A stretch of 64,000 nucleotides of DNA from Balanoglossus misakiensis (taxonomy: Eukaryota > Animalia > Hemichordata). Position 1 is the first letter of the stretch, and each line of letters starts with the position of its first letter. Under the pieces are notes generated by a model. The model did no database searches. It worked only from the letters and a program-made list of their open reading frames with translations, and was not told the DNA's origin. The DNA lies in NCBI GenBank assembly GCA_040954595.2, contig CM082581.2:2410699-2474698 (forward strand). The letters run 5' to 3'. Shown piece after piece: positions 60,801 to 64,000 of this stretch. Both the position numbers and the translations under genes were made by a program.

Positions 60801-63800
60801 CATCATCAACCTTGCTTCGCCATTTACCCTGATGCAAAGAATCAGATTCAATGTCATCGTTGCATTAGCAATGTCAAAGTACAGTGCTTTTGGACACGTA
60901 TTAACCCAGGGATTTACAGACAACTTTAAATCCCCCTGTAGGCATTTTATACCCATGTCAAAGTGAAGTGTTTGCATCACTATCTACCCTGATGCATCAT
61001 AAAGCTTGCTACGCCATTTACCCTGATGCAAAGAATCAGATTCAATGTCATCATTGCATTAGCAATGTCAAAGTACAGTGCTTTTCGACACGTATTAACC
61101 CACAGATTTTTCAACAACCTGAAATCCCCATATGCATTTAATACCCATGTCAAAGTGAAGTGTTTGCATCACAATCTACCCTGATGCATCATAAAGCTTG
61201 CTACGCCATTTACCCTGATGCAAAGAATCAGATTCAATGTCATCGTTACATTAGCAATGTCAAAGTACAGTGCATTTGGACACGTATTAACCCAGGGATT
61301 TACAGACAACTTTAAATCCCCCTGTAGGCATTTTACACCCATGTCAAAGTGAAGTGTTTGCATCACTATCTACCCTGATGCATCATAAAGCTTGCTACGC
61401 CATTTACCCTGATGCAAAGAATCAGATTCAATGTCATCATTGCATTAGCAATGTCAAAGTACAGTGCTTTTCGACACGTATTAACCCAGGGATTTATCAT
61501 CAACTTGAAATCCCCATATGCATTTAATACCCATGTCAAAGTGAAGTGATTGCATCACTATCTATCCTGATGCATCATAAAGCTTGCTACGCCATTTACC
61601 CTGATGCAAAGAATCAGATTCAATGTCATCGTTACATTAGCAATGTCAAAGTACAGTGCTTTTGGACACGTATTAACCCAGGGATTTACAGACAACTTTA
61701 AATCCCCCTGTAGGCATTTTACACCCATGTCAAAGTGAAGTGTTTGCATCACTATCTACCCTGATGCATCATAAAGCTTGCTACGCCATTTACCCTGATG
61801 CAAAGAATCAGATTCAATGTCATCATTGCATTAGCAATGTCAAAGTACAGTGCTTTTCGACACGTATTAACCCAGGGATTTATCATCAACTTGAAATCCC
61901 CATATGCATTTAATACCCATGTCAAAGTGAAGAGATTGCATCACTATCTATCCTGATGCATCATCAACCTTGCTTCGCCATTTGCCCTGATGCAAAGAAT
62001 CAGATTCAATGTCATCGTTGCATTAGCAATGTCAAATTAGAGTGCTTTTGGCCACGTATTAACCTATGGATTTACATTTAACATTAAATACCCATGTGAA
62101 AGTGCAGAGTTTGCATCACCATCTACTCTGATGCATCATTGAGCTTGCTTCGCCATTTGCCCTAATGCAAAGAATCCCATTCAATGTCACCATTGCATAT
62201 GCAATGTCAAAGTACAGTGCTTTCCGCCACGTATTAACCCAGGGATTTACAGACAACTTTAAATCCCCCAGTAGGCATTTTATACCCATGTCAAAGTGAA
62301 GTGTTTGCATCACTATCTACCCTGATGCATCATCAACCTTGCTTCGCCATTTACCCTGATGCAAAGAATCAGATTCAATGTCATCGTTGCATTAGCAATG
62401 TCAAAGTACAGTGCTTTTGGACACGTATTAACCCAGGGATTTACAGACAACTTTAAATCCCCCTGTAGGCATTTTATACCCATGTCAAAGTGAAGTGTTT
62501 GCATCACTATCTACCCTGATGCATCATAAAGCTTGCTACGCCATTTACCCTGATGCAAAGAATCAGATTCAATGTCATCATTGCATTAGCAATGTCAAAG
62601 TACAGTGCTTTTCGACACGTATTAACCCACAGATTTTTCAACAACCTGAAATCCCCATATGCATTTAATACCCATGTCAAAGTGAAGTGTTTGCATCACA
62701 ATCTACCCTGATGCATCATAAAGCTTGCTACGCCATTTACCCTGATGCAAAGAATCAGATTCAATGTCATCGTTACATTAGCAATGTCAAAGTACAGTGC
62801 TTTTGGACACGTATTAACCCAGGGATTTACAGACAACTTTAAATCCCCCTGTAGGCATTTTACACCCATGTCAAAGTGAAGTGTTTGCATCACTATCTAC
62901 CCTGATGCATCATAAAGCTTGCTACGCCATTTACCCTGATGCAAAGAATCAGATTCAATGTCATCATTGCATTAGCAATGTCAAAGTACAGTGCTTTTCG
63001 ACACGTATTAACCCAGGGATTTATCATCAACTTGAAATCCCCATATGCATTTAATACCCATGTCAAAGTGAAGTGATTGCATCACTATCTATCCTGATGC
63101 ATCATAAAGCTTGCTACGCCATTTACCCTGATGCAAAGAATCAGATTCAATGTCATCGTTACATTAGCAATGTCAAAGTACAGTGCTTTTGGACACGTAT
63201 TAACCCAGGGATTTACAGACAACTTTAAATCCCCCTGTAGGCATTTTACACCCATGTCAAAGTGAAGTGTTTGCATCACTATCTACCCTGATGCATCATA
63301 AAGCTTGCTACGCCATTTACCCTGATGCAAAGAATCAGATTCAATGTCATCATTGCATTAGCAATGTCAAAGTACAGTGCTTTTCGACACGTATTAACCC
63401 AGGGATTTATCATCAACTTGAAATCCCCATATGCATTTAATACCCATGTCAAAGTGAAGAGATTGCATCACTATCTATCCTGATGCATCATCAACCTTGC
63501 TTCGCCATTTGCCCTGATGCAAAGAATCAGATTCAATGTCATCGTTGCATTAGCAATGTCAAATTAGAGTGCTTTTGGCCACGTATTAACCTATGGATTT
63601 ACATTTAACATTAAATACCCATGTGAAAGTGCAGAGTTTGCATCACCATCTACTCTGATGCATCATTGAGCTTGCTTCGCCATTTGCCCTAATGCAAAGA
63701 ATCCCATTCAATGTCACCATTGCATATGCAATGTCAAAGTACAGTGCTTTCCGCCACGTATTAACCCAGGGATTTACAGACAACTTTAAATCCCCCAGTA

Positions 63801-64000
63801 GGCATTTTATACTCATGTCAAAGTGCAGAGCTTGCATCACAATCTACCCTGATGCATCATCAACCTTGCTTCGCCATTTACCCTGATGCAAAGAATCAGA
63901 TTCAATGTCATCGTTGCATTAGCAATGTCAAAGTACAGTGCTTTTGGACACGTATTAACCCAGGGATTTACAGACAACTTTAAATCCCCCTGTAGGCATT
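48850..64000. repeat. Satellite DNA array, 194/192/175-bp monomers with higher-order repeats (runs off the right edge)
   Basis: Monomer ...TTGCATCACTATCTACCCTGATGCATCAT...ATGTCAAAGTACAGTGCTTTTGGACACGTATTAACCC... repeated throughout, interrupted only at 50519-53346. Confidence 0.97.
50519..53346. mobile_element. 2.8-kb non-autonomous TA-targeting DNA transposon (Tc1/mariner-pogo-like ends) inserted in the satellite
   Basis: TIRs CAGTCCCAACAG..TA.AACAACTA; TA at 50517-50518 and 53347-53348. Excision restores the satellite motif GGCCA(C/T)GTATTAACCC. No long ORF. Confidence 0.85.

Noticed and set aside
49826-63886. Repeated 64-65-aa ORFs (MMQALHFDMG...) as a peptide gene family, or a CRISPR-like array
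   Set aside because: These are translations of satellite monomers on both strands, with no unique spacers, no cas genes and no sign of coding constraint.
48850-64000. Hammerhead ribozymes in the satellite
   Set aside because: The monomer has CTGATGC rather than the CTGATGA core, and no properly placed GAAA/stem arrangement was seen.

Overview
Eukaryotic (most likely metazoan invertebrate) heterochromatin-like DNA made almost entirely of nested transposons and satellite. No host gene can be supported. Left to right: a Gypsy LTR element (1-3557, -); a tandem-repeat block; two Helentron/HINE-like elements; a decayed pogo/Tigger-type transposase; a Kolobok-like non-autonomous element; a gag-only tyrosine-recombinase (YR)-type retroelement with split direct repeats (14301-16612); an L1/Tx1-type LINE; a Gypsy element with both LTRs (22911-28721) interrupted by a long-TIR MITE; an Ngaro YR retrotransposon (30902-47999, -); and about 15 kb of ~194-bp satellite with evolving higher-order repeats. 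The main finding is a complete 12.8-kb RAG1-related (Chapaev/N-RAG-TP-type) DNA transposon at 33004-45849, inserted into the Ngaro RT-RNase H ORF. It has a 4-bp TSD (TGCT) whose removal restores the host reading frame. It encodes an 11-exon, ~1,020-aa transposase with a RAG1-like N-terminal Zn domain, a RING finger and a DDE/Zn core. Its CAC-initiated TIRs are bipartite and asymmetric, differing by a 9-bp spacer insertion, reminiscent of RSS 12/23 logic. No RAG2-like gene is visible. The element itself carries a 4.2-kb foldback (Academ-like) insertion and a Gypsy fragment. All calls come from reading the sequence by eye; no database searches were run.
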